Shown here: positions 50,797-61,555 of the stretch, piece by piece | Layout: the number at the start of each line of letters is the position of its first letter | Numbering within the stretch: the stretch's first letter is position 1 | From: Savitreella phatthalungensis | Lineage: Eukaryota | Direction of reading: 5' to 3' | Assembly (NCBI GenBank): GCA_051599415.1 | Contig: AP039690.1 | Span: 744,001 to 808,000, forward strand | Length of the DNA stretch: 64,000 nucleotides | Made by a program: the position numbers and the translations under genes | The notes under the pieces: generated by a model | Database searches by the model: none | Seen by the model: the letters and a program-made list of their open reading frames with translations, nothing else | What the model was told of the DNA's origin: nothing

Positions 50797-53700
50797 ATGG
50801 CATCAGTTGACGCGCTTGTGGAGAGTACTGCGGCATTGCGCGTCACAAAACATGCTTGGCCACAGCCGCCGCCATCATTTGCGCCTCCAGAAGCACCGTT
50901 GCCTTCGCCTCAAATCACCAGCGTTGAGCTCGTCAACAGGTTACACGCTCATCTGACACCGGAGCCATCGCCAATGGGGACGCCGTTGCGCACATCCCCA
51001 AACAAGCTCGTCGATGTTCTCATCTCGGACGAACGTGCTTATCTACGTGAACTACAGACCCTGCAGACCATTTGCTCCGAAGACCTGCTCGCGACAGGAG
51101 GTGATGTAGCGCTTGGCGCTTCTATTGCAGAGCTTGCAGAGCTTTCCAATCATCTCATCCAGGGGATAGACACGAAGACGTACTTCTCCGATGCACAAAA
51201 TGAGTTCCTCATCGCCTTCTCTGCCAAAGTCGCAGACCCCTACAGAAGGTTCTACGAGGTCTTCCAGCTCGGTCTAGCACGAAGCATCGAACCAAGCAGT
51301 GCGACCGCCACAAGACTTGACGACTTGTTGCGTGGCTTGCAGCAGCAAGGAAACTTGTCTGAGGGGCTCGACTGGCTGATGCGCCGTCCACTGTCTCGTG
51401 TGAAGGCGTACATGTCACTATACAAACGACTCTTGCACTCTTCAGATGATGCTACCGACTTGTTCCTCGTCTACGAAGCCATGCACGAGCTCCTTGTTGA
51501 GGCTCGGGAGGTCTTGTCTGCGAGCAAGAAGCGTCTGGATGGCAATGGTAGCCGCGCTGTCGGCAGAGGCATCGCAGATCCACTGCATATCAATCGCAAC
51601 GGATCGCGCACAGTCTCGGCCGAGTCTACGTCAACACAAGCATCTGCGAACTCGCGAATATCATCTCATGATGAGCTCGTGGCAATACAAAATTCACTCG
51701 ACACCTCACAAACTCGCGACATCTTCTCCCACGCTCTCATTCCACATGAGGTCGACCTCATACCCAAGGCCGGTGCACCGGATCGCTGCCTGATCAGTCG
51801 AGCTTCTTTCCAACTACAGATTGGGCGTGACGATGCTGCTCAGAGCATTGACACTCTAGTCGAGCTAATTCTTCTGACTGACCTGCTGCTCATCACAAAA
51901 CCGTCCTTCACACAGCCGCAGTTGCTGTTTGCACCATTAGATCGAGAAGTCTTCCATGTAAGCAGTTCATCGACAAATGATAAGGTGCTCGAGCTTGACA
52001 TTGTTGGCCGGGAAACTCTCACAATCACGGCGGGCTCTCGGGATGCTCGGAACCACTGGCTGGAACTATTGCTAGCGTGTGAGAACCACGAACTCGAGGT
52101 TGCTGTTACGACAACCACCGCCACTGTCGTGGCCATCCCACCAGCGAGCATTGCTAAACTGATAAGCCACAAGACACCTGGAGGATTCGGGCTCTCTGCA
52201 CCTCCTCGTGCTGGACCACCGACCCCACCACCTTTCTCGCCAATGGGATATCCTTTGACGGCACCACTGCGGGTCATTCGCGAAGATTCGCAGTTGTCGA
52301 TCGGTGGACATAGCGAGCTCTCGACGCGCACGCCAGAGGCAAATGATCATCAGCCTTTCGTCTTTGATCCTGAAGATGAGCAAACGCCGCGGGCGGGATA
52401 CAAGCCAAATCCGCTTGATAACAATGAGAGGGCGCCTGCTGTGCCTGTAAAACCACATCTCTTGACAGTAGATACTGCCCAAGTGGCCCCCAGTACGGAG
52501 GAGCCAGGCAGTGCAACACCACGCGCGACAGCGTTTCCTCTCCTGCCGACCAGAGCGCCGCCTGCGACGCCTTCGACCACGGCCGCTCCGCTTCTCCAGC
52601 GTGCGCAAACGGAGATCGGACCAATGCAACTATCGCTGATGCCGCCACGGCTGACGGCACGCAGCAAGTCTGCTGGTGGCGAAGAAGTGAAGTCATCAGC
52701 AGATATCCAGCCTGAAGACCTCGACTTCACAAAGGACCAGGAATTCGATGCAAGTGTGCTTGATCTTCCAGAGCTGCCACCGTTCAACTTCGGCGATGGT
52801 GTTGAGCGGCCGTCGTCGATGGCCTTAAATTTCTCGCCGGGCACGCTGACGTCGTTCGGCATTCCACTGAGAAAGATTGCGCCTCCGGCACCGATGATAC
52901 TGCCAGATGGCACGTCAGCATCGTCGAGGAATAGCTCTCCGCAGAAGGGAACACTCGCAGAGCGCCGGACAGGAGGGACGCTTGCACTGCAGCCTGCAGC
53001 ACCTTTGATCAAGCTCGATGCAGCGACAGACTCACCTGCGCGGTCTGTAAAGCTTGAACAAATGGCCGAGTGTTTCACTTGGACGCAAGGGACCTGGGTT
53101 CCGATGCTAATGGACAACGTTGATGATGAGGGCCGTGTCAAAACTGTCCGATCGAGCCGAATCACAATCTACAGCTTCACAGCCGATCTACCGGCAGGCG
53201 TCGACGTTGATTCATCAGAGGGAAAGAAAGCGCTTGCGACGAAGCCCACGTATGTAGACGTGTTCGACACCAAAGATGCGAAGACGATGAACACCTTTTG
53301 CGTATCGGCTCAGACGAGTATCATCCGCGACGACGCCTGCGACGTCTCTGCAGGATTTGATGTCGGCCAGGATAAGGTTTACTTCCTGTTTCGATGTGTA
53401 TCGCCGGAGAAGACGGACACCTTCCTTCGCATCCTGACAAACGCTCGGGATCACGCGCCCTCGACCGCACCGGATAGCAACGACGCATATGGCGCAATGC
53501 CCATCACGCCTCTCGCATTTGACGATGCCATGTCTGGCGCACTCGCAGTCGACAACCTCAAAATTAAGCTCTATCGATTCGACTTTGGGAAGTGGGTCAA
53601 TAGGGGCAGCGCACGTCTGACGGTACGCTACATTCCAAACACCTTGCAGCGTCGACTGGTCCTGATTGGAAAAACGAAGAAAGGAGAGCGGATCCTTCTC

Positions 53701-53994
53701 GTTGACACATTGGTCGGTGCTGGCGATCAAGGCGTGTGCGCTGCCATTTCTAAGACAGGCATCTCGCTCAAGACACGCACGGAGATGTTGATGATGCAAT
53801 TCAAGACCGACAAAGAGCGCACACGCATCCTAGCAGTCCTCGTCGACCAGCACGCTCAGCGAATCCAGCGTCAGCACGATGCCCAGCTCCAAGCCCAGAG
53901 ACAACAAGACATCCTGCGACTCCAACAGCAGTACTCCACCGCCACGAATCACACAACTATCGCTAGTGAGAACGAACATGTACAAATTATGTAG
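50797..53994 (+). CDS. Large protein with DH (RhoGEF)-like and PH-like domains, Pro-rich linker and further C-terminal PH-like domains
   Basis: DH-like LISDERAYLRELQTL and LDWLMRRPLSRVKAYMSLYKRLL; PH-like LILLTDLLLI...RNHWLELL; C-terminal KLYRFDFGKWVNRGSARL. Confidence 0.65.
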   Translation: MASVDALVESTAALRVTKHAWPQPPPSFAPPEAPLPSPQITSVELVNRLHAHLTPEPSPMGTPLRTSPNKLVDVLISDERAYLRELQTLQTICSEDLLATGGDVALGASIAELAELSNHLIQGIDTKTYFSDAQNEFLIAFSAKVADPYRRFYEVFQLGLARSIEPSSATATRLDDLLRGLQQQGNLSEGLDWLMRRPLSRVKAYMSLYKRLLHSSDDATDLFLVYEAMHELLVEAREVLSASKKRLDGNGSRAVGRGIADPLHINRNGSRTVSAESTSTQASANSRISSHDELVAIQNSLDTSQTRDIFSHALIPHEVDLIPKAGAPDRCLISRASFQLQIGRDDAAQSIDTLVELILLTDLLLITKPSFTQPQLLFAPLDREVFHVSSSSTNDKVLELDIVGRETLTITAGSRDARNHWLELLLACENHELEVAVTTTTATVVAIPPASIAKLISHKTPGGFGLSAPPRAGPPTPPPFSPMGYPLTAPLRVIREDSQLSIGGHSELSTRTPEANDHQPFVFDPEDEQTPRAGYKPNPLDNNERAPAVPVKPHLLTVDTAQVAPSTEEPGSATPRATAFPLLPTRAPPATPSTTAAPLLQRAQTEIGPMQLSLMPPRLTARSKSAGGEEVKSSADIQPEDLDFTKDQEFDASVLDLPELPPFNFGDGVERPSSMALNFSPGTLTSFGIPLRKIAPPAPMILPDGTSASSRNSSPQKGTLAERRTGGTLALQPAAPLIKLDAATDSPARSVKLEQMAECFTWTQGTWVPMLMDNVDDEGRVKTVRSSRITIYSFTADLPAGVDVDSSEGKKALATKPTYVDVFDTKDAKTMNTFCVSAQTSIIRDDACDVSAGFDVGQDKVYFLFRCVSPEKTDTFLRILTNARDHAPSTAPDSNDAYGAMPITPLAFDDAMSGALAVDNLKIKLYRFDFGKWVNRGSARLTVRYIPNTLQRRLVLIGKTKKGERILLVDTLVGAGDQGVCAAISKTGISLKTRTEMLMMQFKTDKERTRILAVLVDQHAQRIQRQHDAQLQAQRQQDILRLQQQYSTATNHTTIASENEHVQIM

Positions 53995-54480
53995 AACATA
54001 TCGACATGTACGACCTAGTGAGTGCATGCGTTACTGAGTGTTTGCTAGCTTTTTGTCTGCGACGTCATGCTGAGTGACTCTATCAGGTGGCACCAGCTCT
54101 GTCTCCGGGGATCTTGAGCCAACAGATACTTGGGGCTGCGCCTGATCACGTGTTTGCGCCACAGAAATAAACAAATCGCAACTAAAAAAAATCCATCCTA
54201 TGCATTAGAATGAAGGCTTGAGTCAGATCGATTTGACTGAATCAGTATTGACGACGGATTCCACACTCCCGCGGTAAACAACGAGGTCAGCAAGCAAAGC
54301 ACGTCAGTGACAAAGTGAGCAAGCGTCAGATCAGCAATCTTCCGTCAGCAATTGGACGTTGAAAAGGCGTAGCCTACTTCAGTCAAAGCGGAGCAGAAGG
54401 AATGTCTGCTTGAAGCAGCAACAAGCGCGATACTCCTATAATCATGGTCGTCCTCGCAATCCAGTAGTCATTGGGCAATC

Positions 54481-56919
54481 ATGGAGCACGTCTTCCACTC
54501 GCCGAGGCGGCGGACGTCAATGAAAAGAGAGCGGACGCACCGGAAAGCTCCAGCGGCACTGCCCCTGTCGCATACCTCGTCCGACGTTGTCCTCTTCATA
54601 GCGGGATTTACAGCGACCACTTTATCTATCGGTGCCGCAGTTTTCTTCGGTCTTGGCGCGCTTCCCAGCAATCTAGTAGAGTCAATGACCACGCGCGACA
54701 ATCTTGCCTTCGCTACTGTTATTCTGTCTGGAGTAGCTGCGTTATCAAGCGTCGTGGTGACCGTCATAGCCGGACGCGGTCGTGTCTCCCGATCGGCAAC
54801 TTGTTCTCGAGCGCTCATCGTCACAGTCGGCGCGGCGATCTCTATCGCCGCGCAGCTCGTCACTGCTTCGCTACTCGGTATTGACCTCCTCAGAGCTCAA
54901 TCAGCCGAGCGCTCATGGGATGGTCGACATTTCTGCAAAGGTCTAGATGATACGCAGAGGTGTGCGCAAGTCACCCTCCTCACAGGATTTCTCCTGTGGT
55001 GTGTCTGCGGTATCGTTCAGGCTGCGCTGCTCGTACTGGCATCGAGAGCACTCCGGTCAACTGAGGAGCCTCCACGTATGCGGTGCTCACTCGCGTCAAA
55101 ATACAACACACCTGACCAGCGCAAGGTCTCATCGCAGCAAGCCGTTGCGCCACAATGGTCTCCTGCCATTCTCGAGCTCCAGCAGCCCACTCCAGAAACC
55201 TTGGTTCAGTTGCCGGTAAACAGTGCCACAGGAGCGTCAACAACCTCTCCCGCGCTCTCGAGCAAGGACGACAACCCCTTCAGGCTTGAGGTCGAGCTTC
55301 ACAGAACAAGTATGGCGGTAGGAGCGACGACGATCCTTCCTGGCCCTGGCGCGGCCAAGCGACAAAAGGTGGAGACAAGAAATGCTTGGTCGTCCACAAG
55401 TATAGAAAAGCCAAGCACCTCTGCCGGATTGACCCCACGATCAAGTCACGCGCACCGCTTGTCGACCCAGAGTCCGGGGTTGAACCGACTACAGCCACCC
55501 ATCAAACTCGGCGATCCTTCGATGCTGCCTCCATCACCGTCACCTTTAGCAATTGCATCGCGTCGTCCCAGCCCGGAGCAACCGCAGCACGCAGGATGGG
55601 TGGAATGGGGCGTTGCACTAGGTAGCCCGTCGAAGCAGTCGATTAAGAGCTCGCGCTCGCAGAGACTTCAGCATGATCTAGCCCAGGCCCAAGACGAGCA
55701 TGACCGTCACGCGAAATCTGTTTCTATCACGCGTCTTGCGACAAGCCAATCGACAGCGTCACGTGGCACCATCTTTACTGCGATCACTTCGGCAACCTCC
55801 CATACAGCTTTGAGCACCACAGGCAGCATCATGTCTACCAAGCAGCACAATAAATCGACAAGCACCGGGTTCCACCTGCCTACCTCTTCGCGCGACAAGA
55901 TGGTGACGGTCGTGCCATCGGAAGAACCTGCGGCCGGGCTCGCAATCACCAACGTTCAGTTTGAGGATGCACAGCCGTGGCTGGATTGTGCGACGGGAAA
56001 GACTAAGAGCAAAAATAAGCCTGCCCCGTTGAAGCTGCTCCAGCTCTCGCCAACGAAGCAAAGGCCGAGCTTCGCATCGGGCGCAAGCAAAAGCGCGCAG
56101 GACTTGTCATGCTTTCAAGACAATGCTGAGGGCAGCAATCGAATGACTCGTGCTGTCAGTATGCACGGCTTGGAATCCAGAGCAAGGTCGACCTCGCCCC
56201 GGAAGCTCATTGGCCATGCGATATCGAACTCATTGCAGCTCAGCCCGAAGAAGCACGCAGGGCCGACATTCGCAGACTTCCTCGACGGAAGAGCCTCAAA
56301 GAGCAGCTCCCATCTCCTCCTGCCAGGGACATCAACCTCTTCGCCAAAGAGCACAGGCCGTCGCAAATCATCTCCAACCCGAGCACCCTGGTCTCCGTCG
56401 AAATCGGTGCCGATGCTACGATCAGCGACGCACCAAGACGTCCTTCGGTCATCGGTCGTACCAATCGCCATGTCGCGCGCCTCCGACACAGGCATCCTCA
56501 TGAGCGAAGGGTCTGCTTTGGCGGAGACCAATTTCGCAGATGCTTGGGACACGACGACTGCAAAGACAACTCATGATTTGCTCGGTGGCCTGGTATCTGA
56601 TGGGCCTGATTCGCCAGCGACACCCCACACAGCCGCGACGAGCGAGCGCGATTGGCGGTGGGAAGATCAAGGTGCTGGACCGCTGACGGATGACGAGTCG
56701 CCTAGAGACGAAGCAGTCTACCGATCCGGTATTAACCACAGAACCAGTGATCTCTTTGGAGGCGTCCTGGACGACTATGCTGCAATGTCGTCCATCCATA
56801 CATCCACGGAGCCATCGCCTGCGAAAGCTCACCCGCTAGCGAGACACTCAATGTCGCCGCGAAAAAGACTGACGCGTCACGATTCCGTCGAAACCGCTCT
56901 CGTCATTGGCCACTTCTGA
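54481..56919 (+). CDS. Uncharacterised protein: about four N-terminal TM helices plus a long Ser/Thr/Pro-rich disordered tail
   Basis: 812-aa ORF with four hydrophobic segments in residues about 37-186, followed by low-complexity sequence with many SP/SPxK sites. Confidence 0.75.
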   Translation: MEHVFHSPRRRTSMKRERTHRKAPAALPLSHTSSDVVLFIAGFTATTLSIGAAVFFGLGALPSNLVESMTTRDNLAFATVILSGVAALSSVVVTVIAGRGRVSRSATCSRALIVTVGAAISIAAQLVTASLLGIDLLRAQSAERSWDGRHFCKGLDDTQRCAQVTLLTGFLLWCVCGIVQAALLVLASRALRSTEEPPRMRCSLASKYNTPDQRKVSSQQAVAPQWSPAILELQQPTPETLVQLPVNSATGASTTSPALSSKDDNPFRLEVELHRTSMAVGATTILPGPGAAKRQKVETRNAWSSTSIEKPSTSAGLTPRSSHAHRLSTQSPGLNRLQPPIKLGDPSMLPPSPSPLAIASRRPSPEQPQHAGWVEWGVALGSPSKQSIKSSRSQRLQHDLAQAQDEHDRHAKSVSITRLATSQSTASRGTIFTAITSATSHTALSTTGSIMSTKQHNKSTSTGFHLPTSSRDKMVTVVPSEEPAAGLAITNVQFEDAQPWLDCATGKTKSKNKPAPLKLLQLSPTKQRPSFASGASKSAQDLSCFQDNAEGSNRMTRAVSMHGLESRARSTSPRKLIGHAISNSLQLSPKKHAGPTFADFLDGRASKSSSHLLLPGTSTSSPKSTGRRKSSPTRAPWSPSKSVPMLRSATHQDVLRSSVVPIAMSRASDTGILMSEGSALAETNFADAWDTTTAKTTHDLLGGLVSDGPDSPATPHTAATSERDWRWEDQGAGPLTDDESPRDEAVYRSGINHRTSDLFGGVLDDYAAMSSIHTSTEPSPAKAHPLARHSMSPRKRLTRHDSVETALVIGHF

Positions 56920-57180
56920 TGATCCCTTCGATTAGTTCATCACATCCTGGGTTTTGTAGCTACGCTGACATGCTCGAGCTGCTAGTGAAAAGGCATTGCT
57001 CTGGCGGGAATTGAATGTCAGAACAGTTTACGTACACACTATGTATCATCACTTGCATCATCACTGAATGATCGTCGAGCGGACTTGCTGAAACTCTGGT
57101 TGTGTGAAATGTCGACGTTCAGGTGGTCGGGGGTGATGAACAAAAAGATCGCTCAAGCTAGTATTCCGTTCAGGTAAACG

Positions 57181-57852
57181 ATGTATCTGTCGGTGTTCGA
57201 TGTCGTCTTCTTAGCAGTTGCAATCAGAACGGTATTGGCACATGGCATCATGTCTGTTCCTGCAGGTCGGCGGGGTGGCGCGGCTTTCGAGCGCGCGTGC
57301 GGACACCTCATAGCGCAAGTCGACAAACACGACCCAACAGGCCCAGTCCAAGCGCTAGTCAAAGCGGCCGCACCAGGGAGACTACCACCTGCATGCGATC
57401 TCGTAAGTCAAGTCCATTCGATCACTCAACCAACAATTAAGCATTTACTGACCGACTTTCAAATTTAGTCTTTCTGCAGAGGATATCAGACAGAGGACAT
57501 TCAAGATGACAACGTTCAGCGCTACTCCTTGGGTGGGAACGTCGCGTGGGAGTATCGAATCACAGAAGCTCATCCGGATTTGGGAGATACGGCAAAAGTG
57601 ACGTTGTACGATGCAACGGCAAAAAGTCCACTTCTGAACGGAGAAAAAGTGTTCTCAGTATCGAATTTCAGTCACGCGAACAACACAGTCGTCAGGATCG
57701 ACTACACGATCCCATCAACGCCGCTCGCCCAGGCAGAGCTGAAGGATCGATGCAAAAGTAAAGGTGCTTGTGTCGCTGTCTTTGATTGGAATATCGACAA
57801 CCCGTTGAAACACGCAGACTACGTTTCGTGTGTAGACTTTATCATTGACTAA
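57181..57852 (+). CDS. Secreted histidine-brace (LPMO-like) protein, 201 aa, two exons (57181-57402, 57469-57852)
   Basis: 20-aa signal peptide ending VLA|H; mature start HGIMSVPAGR, second His in ITEAHP, C-terminal DYVSCVDF, six Cys. The two track ORFs join in frame. Confidence 0.8.
57403..57468 (+). other. Spliceosomal intron (66 nt)
   Basis: GTAAGT donor, TACTGAC branch point, TTTAG acceptor. Removal gives CDL-SFCRGYQ in frame. Confidence 0.92.
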
Positions 57853-58577
57853 AGGTCATATATATGGAAGGATTCTTAGAAAATCAATCAGATGGATCTA
57901 CGCTTTTCTTTCATTGAAACTAAGCGATTACAGTCACTCGAATAAAGGACCTTGAAGCATCATTGACCGATGTGTTCTCAGCTGATACTCAGGTAGACGG
58001 TCACATATGTCAGGCGGGATATTCACTCCGGAGTCGCCACTCCCATCGTTGCGTGGCTCAGTATAGTGAACACTCAATCAATTTGAATAAGAAAATTGAT
58101 CGGGCATTTTTTAGTTAAGCATTTCATCAATTCATTCGATTTATAGGATCGACATCAGATCAAGTATCGAGAATTAACAGTTTAAAATCATGTGTACGTA
58201 GCTCCAAATCAAGTGCTTAACGTACCATCCATAATTAAGCCAGTGGACTCCACAGATTCAGTCGGAAAATACGAACCAATGCACAAACGCGAACTGTCTC
58301 TGATCGATGTATCAATCACTCAATCAATTGATCAGATCACGATAGAAGCCCAGTCTAGCAGATCATCATATACAACGCGGGAGATACAAAACGGTAAAGG
58401 CAGAGTCGAGTCAGATCAAATCAAGTCAAAGTCGAGTCAGGTCGAGTCAGGTAACGTCAAGGCAGGTGATTGTAGCGCACTTCAGTTGAAGCATTTCTTC
58501 AAGTGCATCTTCGACAATCCAACGGTATGCGCATGGCCTGACGAGACTCAAGCGATCTTTGTACGCCAGTCTCTACG

Positions 58578-60566
58578 ATGCATCCGCCTGGCGGTCGTCC
58601 AGCAGTCGGCAGAGGTTCGGACCGAACCGGCGCTGCGCCCAGTCGCCACGCTCGTTTGTTAGTAGACGAGCTCGACAATGGCGACATGTTTGATGGAGAG
58701 GATGCGAGTGATCATGCTTCCAGTGGTCGGATGTCGAGCGACAGTGCACTATACGATGCCCTCCTCGTGTCAAACGATCCTCTCGCCGCCATAGCAGCAC
58801 ACATACCACTGAACATGCCGAATCCAGCCCCGTCAAGCGATCGTATCAGTTCGCAGCCACAGCTGCAGCAGCAGCAGCAGCTGCAAAATCAGCAACAACC
58901 TCAGCTATACATCGACCCTTTACGCGATCGATTGACCACGGACCCCGGACCCGTAGCACTTCCATTAGCTCCGTCACGTGACCAAGAACGTGGAGTCAGG
59001 CGTCGAGCCCTCACAAGCAATGCAGCACGCCGTTCGAGACTTGCAAGCACCTCGTCCTGCAGACTACTGAACGAGCTCGGTGCAGCACAGCTCCTCAAGC
59101 TCGAGATGATCAGCTGCGATGGCGGAAGTTTGGATTTTGACAATAATCTAGGTGGTACTGCCGAATCGGGCGCTGCAGGAGGCCGCTACAACGCAGAAAA
59201 CGTCTTGCGGAACGATGCGTCAGTCTACTGCACGTCAAAAGTCGACAACGTCAACATGTTACTTCGGTCAGCAGGTGGAAGACCTTTCACTCTTTCTCGC
59301 GTCGTTGTCCGTGCTCCTCAGAGATCCTTTACGTCACCGCTCAAGGACGGATTGGTTTTTGTCAGCATGGATCGCATCGATCCTGCAGCGACCGAGCCTT
59401 ACGATCGTCGTGCAGCGACGCTCGCGCCAACTCAGCTTGCCGCCATCCAACGAAGCCTCACGAGAGCGCCCGCTGCAGCCATGCAGTTGACAGAATCAGG
59501 TGCTGCTGCTCGACAGAATCGCCGTCGTCTCAGAGCTGCAATCGAGGCAGCAGAATTCAGAGCAGCATCAGACACAGCAACCCTGGGAAGGCTTTCGGAG
59601 ACGGTGTCAAGCTCGCAGTCTGTGTCTGCGACTGCTCCTACCGAGTCTGTGCTATCGACGCTGCTAGAGGGCAAAGGTCTGCCAGCTACGACGACTGATG
59701 TGCTAAGGATGTCTGAAGGTGACCCTGCAGCTGAAGCTCACGAAGGATTGCTGATTCCAAGCGCATACTTTGTGATTGACGAAGCCACCAGCGCTGCAGT
59801 GATCGACTTTGACCCACCGCTGGCAGGAAGGTATGTGCACGTGAAGCTACTCGAAGGTCGGTCTTCACTTCCGCCAATGCTCCTTCAGGCTCGTCAGCGG
59901 CAGCAAGGCGACAATTCGAGCGCTCAGCGAAGCGGGCAGCTTGATCGTGTGAGTGCCAGACCCAACTTCGGTCGTGCCACTGGATCAGACCACGGAAACG
60001 AAGACTCGATGCTGAGCGATTTCTCGTTGCCACCGTCTAGTCGGCCATCATCTTCTGACGAATCCGACAACGAGGTCGACCGCCAGTCGATCAGAGCGAA
60101 CATTGCAGGCAGAATCTCAAGGTCTCCGATGCCGGGGAGCGAGCGCGGTGAGGACGCCTCTTTACGGACCACTCATCGTGAAGTCTCAGAGCGAGATGAT
60201 GTGGCGTCGGTGGCACCAAGATCAAGGACAACGACAGCAGCTTCACGATCGAGTACGCGTGCTACACCACGCAGCAGCAGTGGTCAGGACGGCGGCGGCG
60301 GCGGAGGAGAAGGAAGTACATCATCAATCACAAGCAATTCCAGACCAGAAGCTCCCAGGCGCCCTCATCGATCACTGGCGCAGCTGCAGAGTGACGCCAT
60401 GCATGCTCAGGCCATGGCTGATCAAAATCCTCTCGCGCTTTCCAGGGCTGTGATGCCGAACAGACCTGCAGCCGGGCACCGATCTGACCGTGACAACATC
60501 GACATCCAATCAGTACTCTTCTACGGCTACGGCAGACGTGCATTTCCACGTTACGAGCTCCGCTAA
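58578..60566 (+). CDS. Uncharacterised fungal protein with a discontinuous beta-sandwich (galactose-binding/discoidin-like) domain
   Basis: Ordered blocks LKLEMISCDGG, YNAENVLRNDASVYCT...GLVFVSM, FDPPLAGRYVHVKLL and DNIDIQSVLFYGY, separated by low-complexity inserts. Confidence 0.6.
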   Translation: MHPPGGRPAVGRGSDRTGAAPSRHARLLVDELDNGDMFDGEDASDHASSGRMSSDSALYDALLVSNDPLAAIAAHIPLNMPNPAPSSDRISSQPQLQQQQQLQNQQQPQLYIDPLRDRLTTDPGPVALPLAPSRDQERGVRRRALTSNAARRSRLASTSSCRLLNELGAAQLLKLEMISCDGGSLDFDNNLGGTAESGAAGGRYNAENVLRNDASVYCTSKVDNVNMLLRSAGGRPFTLSRVVVRAPQRSFTSPLKDGLVFVSMDRIDPAATEPYDRRAATLAPTQLAAIQRSLTRAPAAAMQLTESGAAARQNRRRLRAAIEAAEFRAASDTATLGRLSETVSSSQSVSATAPTESVLSTLLEGKGLPATTTDVLRMSEGDPAAEAHEGLLIPSAYFVIDEATSAAVIDFDPPLAGRYVHVKLLEGRSSLPPMLLQARQRQQGDNSSAQRSGQLDRVSARPNFGRATGSDHGNEDSMLSDFSLPPSSRPSSSDESDNEVDRQSIRANIAGRISRSPMPGSERGEDASLRTTHREVSERDDVASVAPRSRTTTAASRSSTRATPRSSSGQDGGGGGGEGSTSSITSNSRPEAPRRPHRSLAQLQSDAMHAQAMADQNPLALSRAVMPNRPAAGHRSDRDNIDIQSVLFYGYGRRAFPRYELR

Positions 60567-61300
60567 CGTTGTTGTTTCAGATCTCCCAGCTCCCTAAACC
60601 CTCTCTGAGCGCCCCCGACAGTAGATCTGATGATGACGATGATGATGATGATGCGAGGAACGGACGAAAGATGACAATGACCAAGTCACTACGTATGATG
60701 TAAGTATAACGAATGATGAAGCAGCTTTCTTAGGATGGATAGTTCGAAGATGAGCATATATATAAGCATTGTAGGTACCTGTCGAATATGGACATATGAG
60801 AGTCAAGCTATAGTATCTACGTAGATTAAATTATCCTGTGCTTGGGACAACTCTGCTGAGCATAGAAATTCATTCGTGATTAGTCCACGGTCGATAGTAG
60901 CTCACTTAGGTTTGCTGCGAACCCTTCCTATATATGAATGGATAGTGGTACCACTTACCAGTTCGTTGGCTTGGGCTCCCCCCCCTATTTGAGACTAAAT
61001 TTATACGTCTTTTTCTAATCTGGCACAGGTGTGAGCTTTCTTGATTTTCTTCTCCCTCATCTGACCCTAATCGATCGAACAAAGACTCTAGCCGAATTCC
61101 GTAGATCCTTGAGACCCAGAGTTCTGAATTGAGCAGGAGATAGGTAGATCGAGTACAGAATTTGGAAGTCAGAAAATCCAAAATTCCAATTTCAATCTGG
61201 CGTGTACCAAAAATCAGTCAACCAGTTTCACCGAGCTAGAATGAAAGGTGAGTTTTATACCTTTTAGAGGTCAAAACTCTCCACAAGCACATGCATATTC

Positions 61301-61357
61301 ATCCGTCCGTCCATCCATCCATCCACCCATCCAGTCCATCTATCCATCCATCTATCC
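61301..61357 (+). repeat. (TCCA/TCCG)n microsatellite
   Basis: atccgtccgt ccatccatcc atccacccat cc... Confidence 0.9.
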
Positions 61358-61530
61358 GTTCAGTCAGCCAAGCAGCCAGGCAGCAAGCCAGTGAGCCAGT
61401 TCTGTACAGAGTCCCAAATTTCACGGCACAGTAAGTACTGCATCCCCACAATTCCCAAGAACGGTTCAGTGCTGCTCAATTAGGGTCAACTCTAGTCAAT
61501 TGAATTCAATTGGAGTCAAGTCGAACTCAA

Positions 61531-61555
61531 AGTCAAGTCAAGTCAAGTCAAGTCA
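61531..61555 (+). repeat. (AGTCA)5 microsatellite
   Basis: Five perfect pentamers; a related degenerate AGTCR run lies at 58403-58451. Confidence 0.93.
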
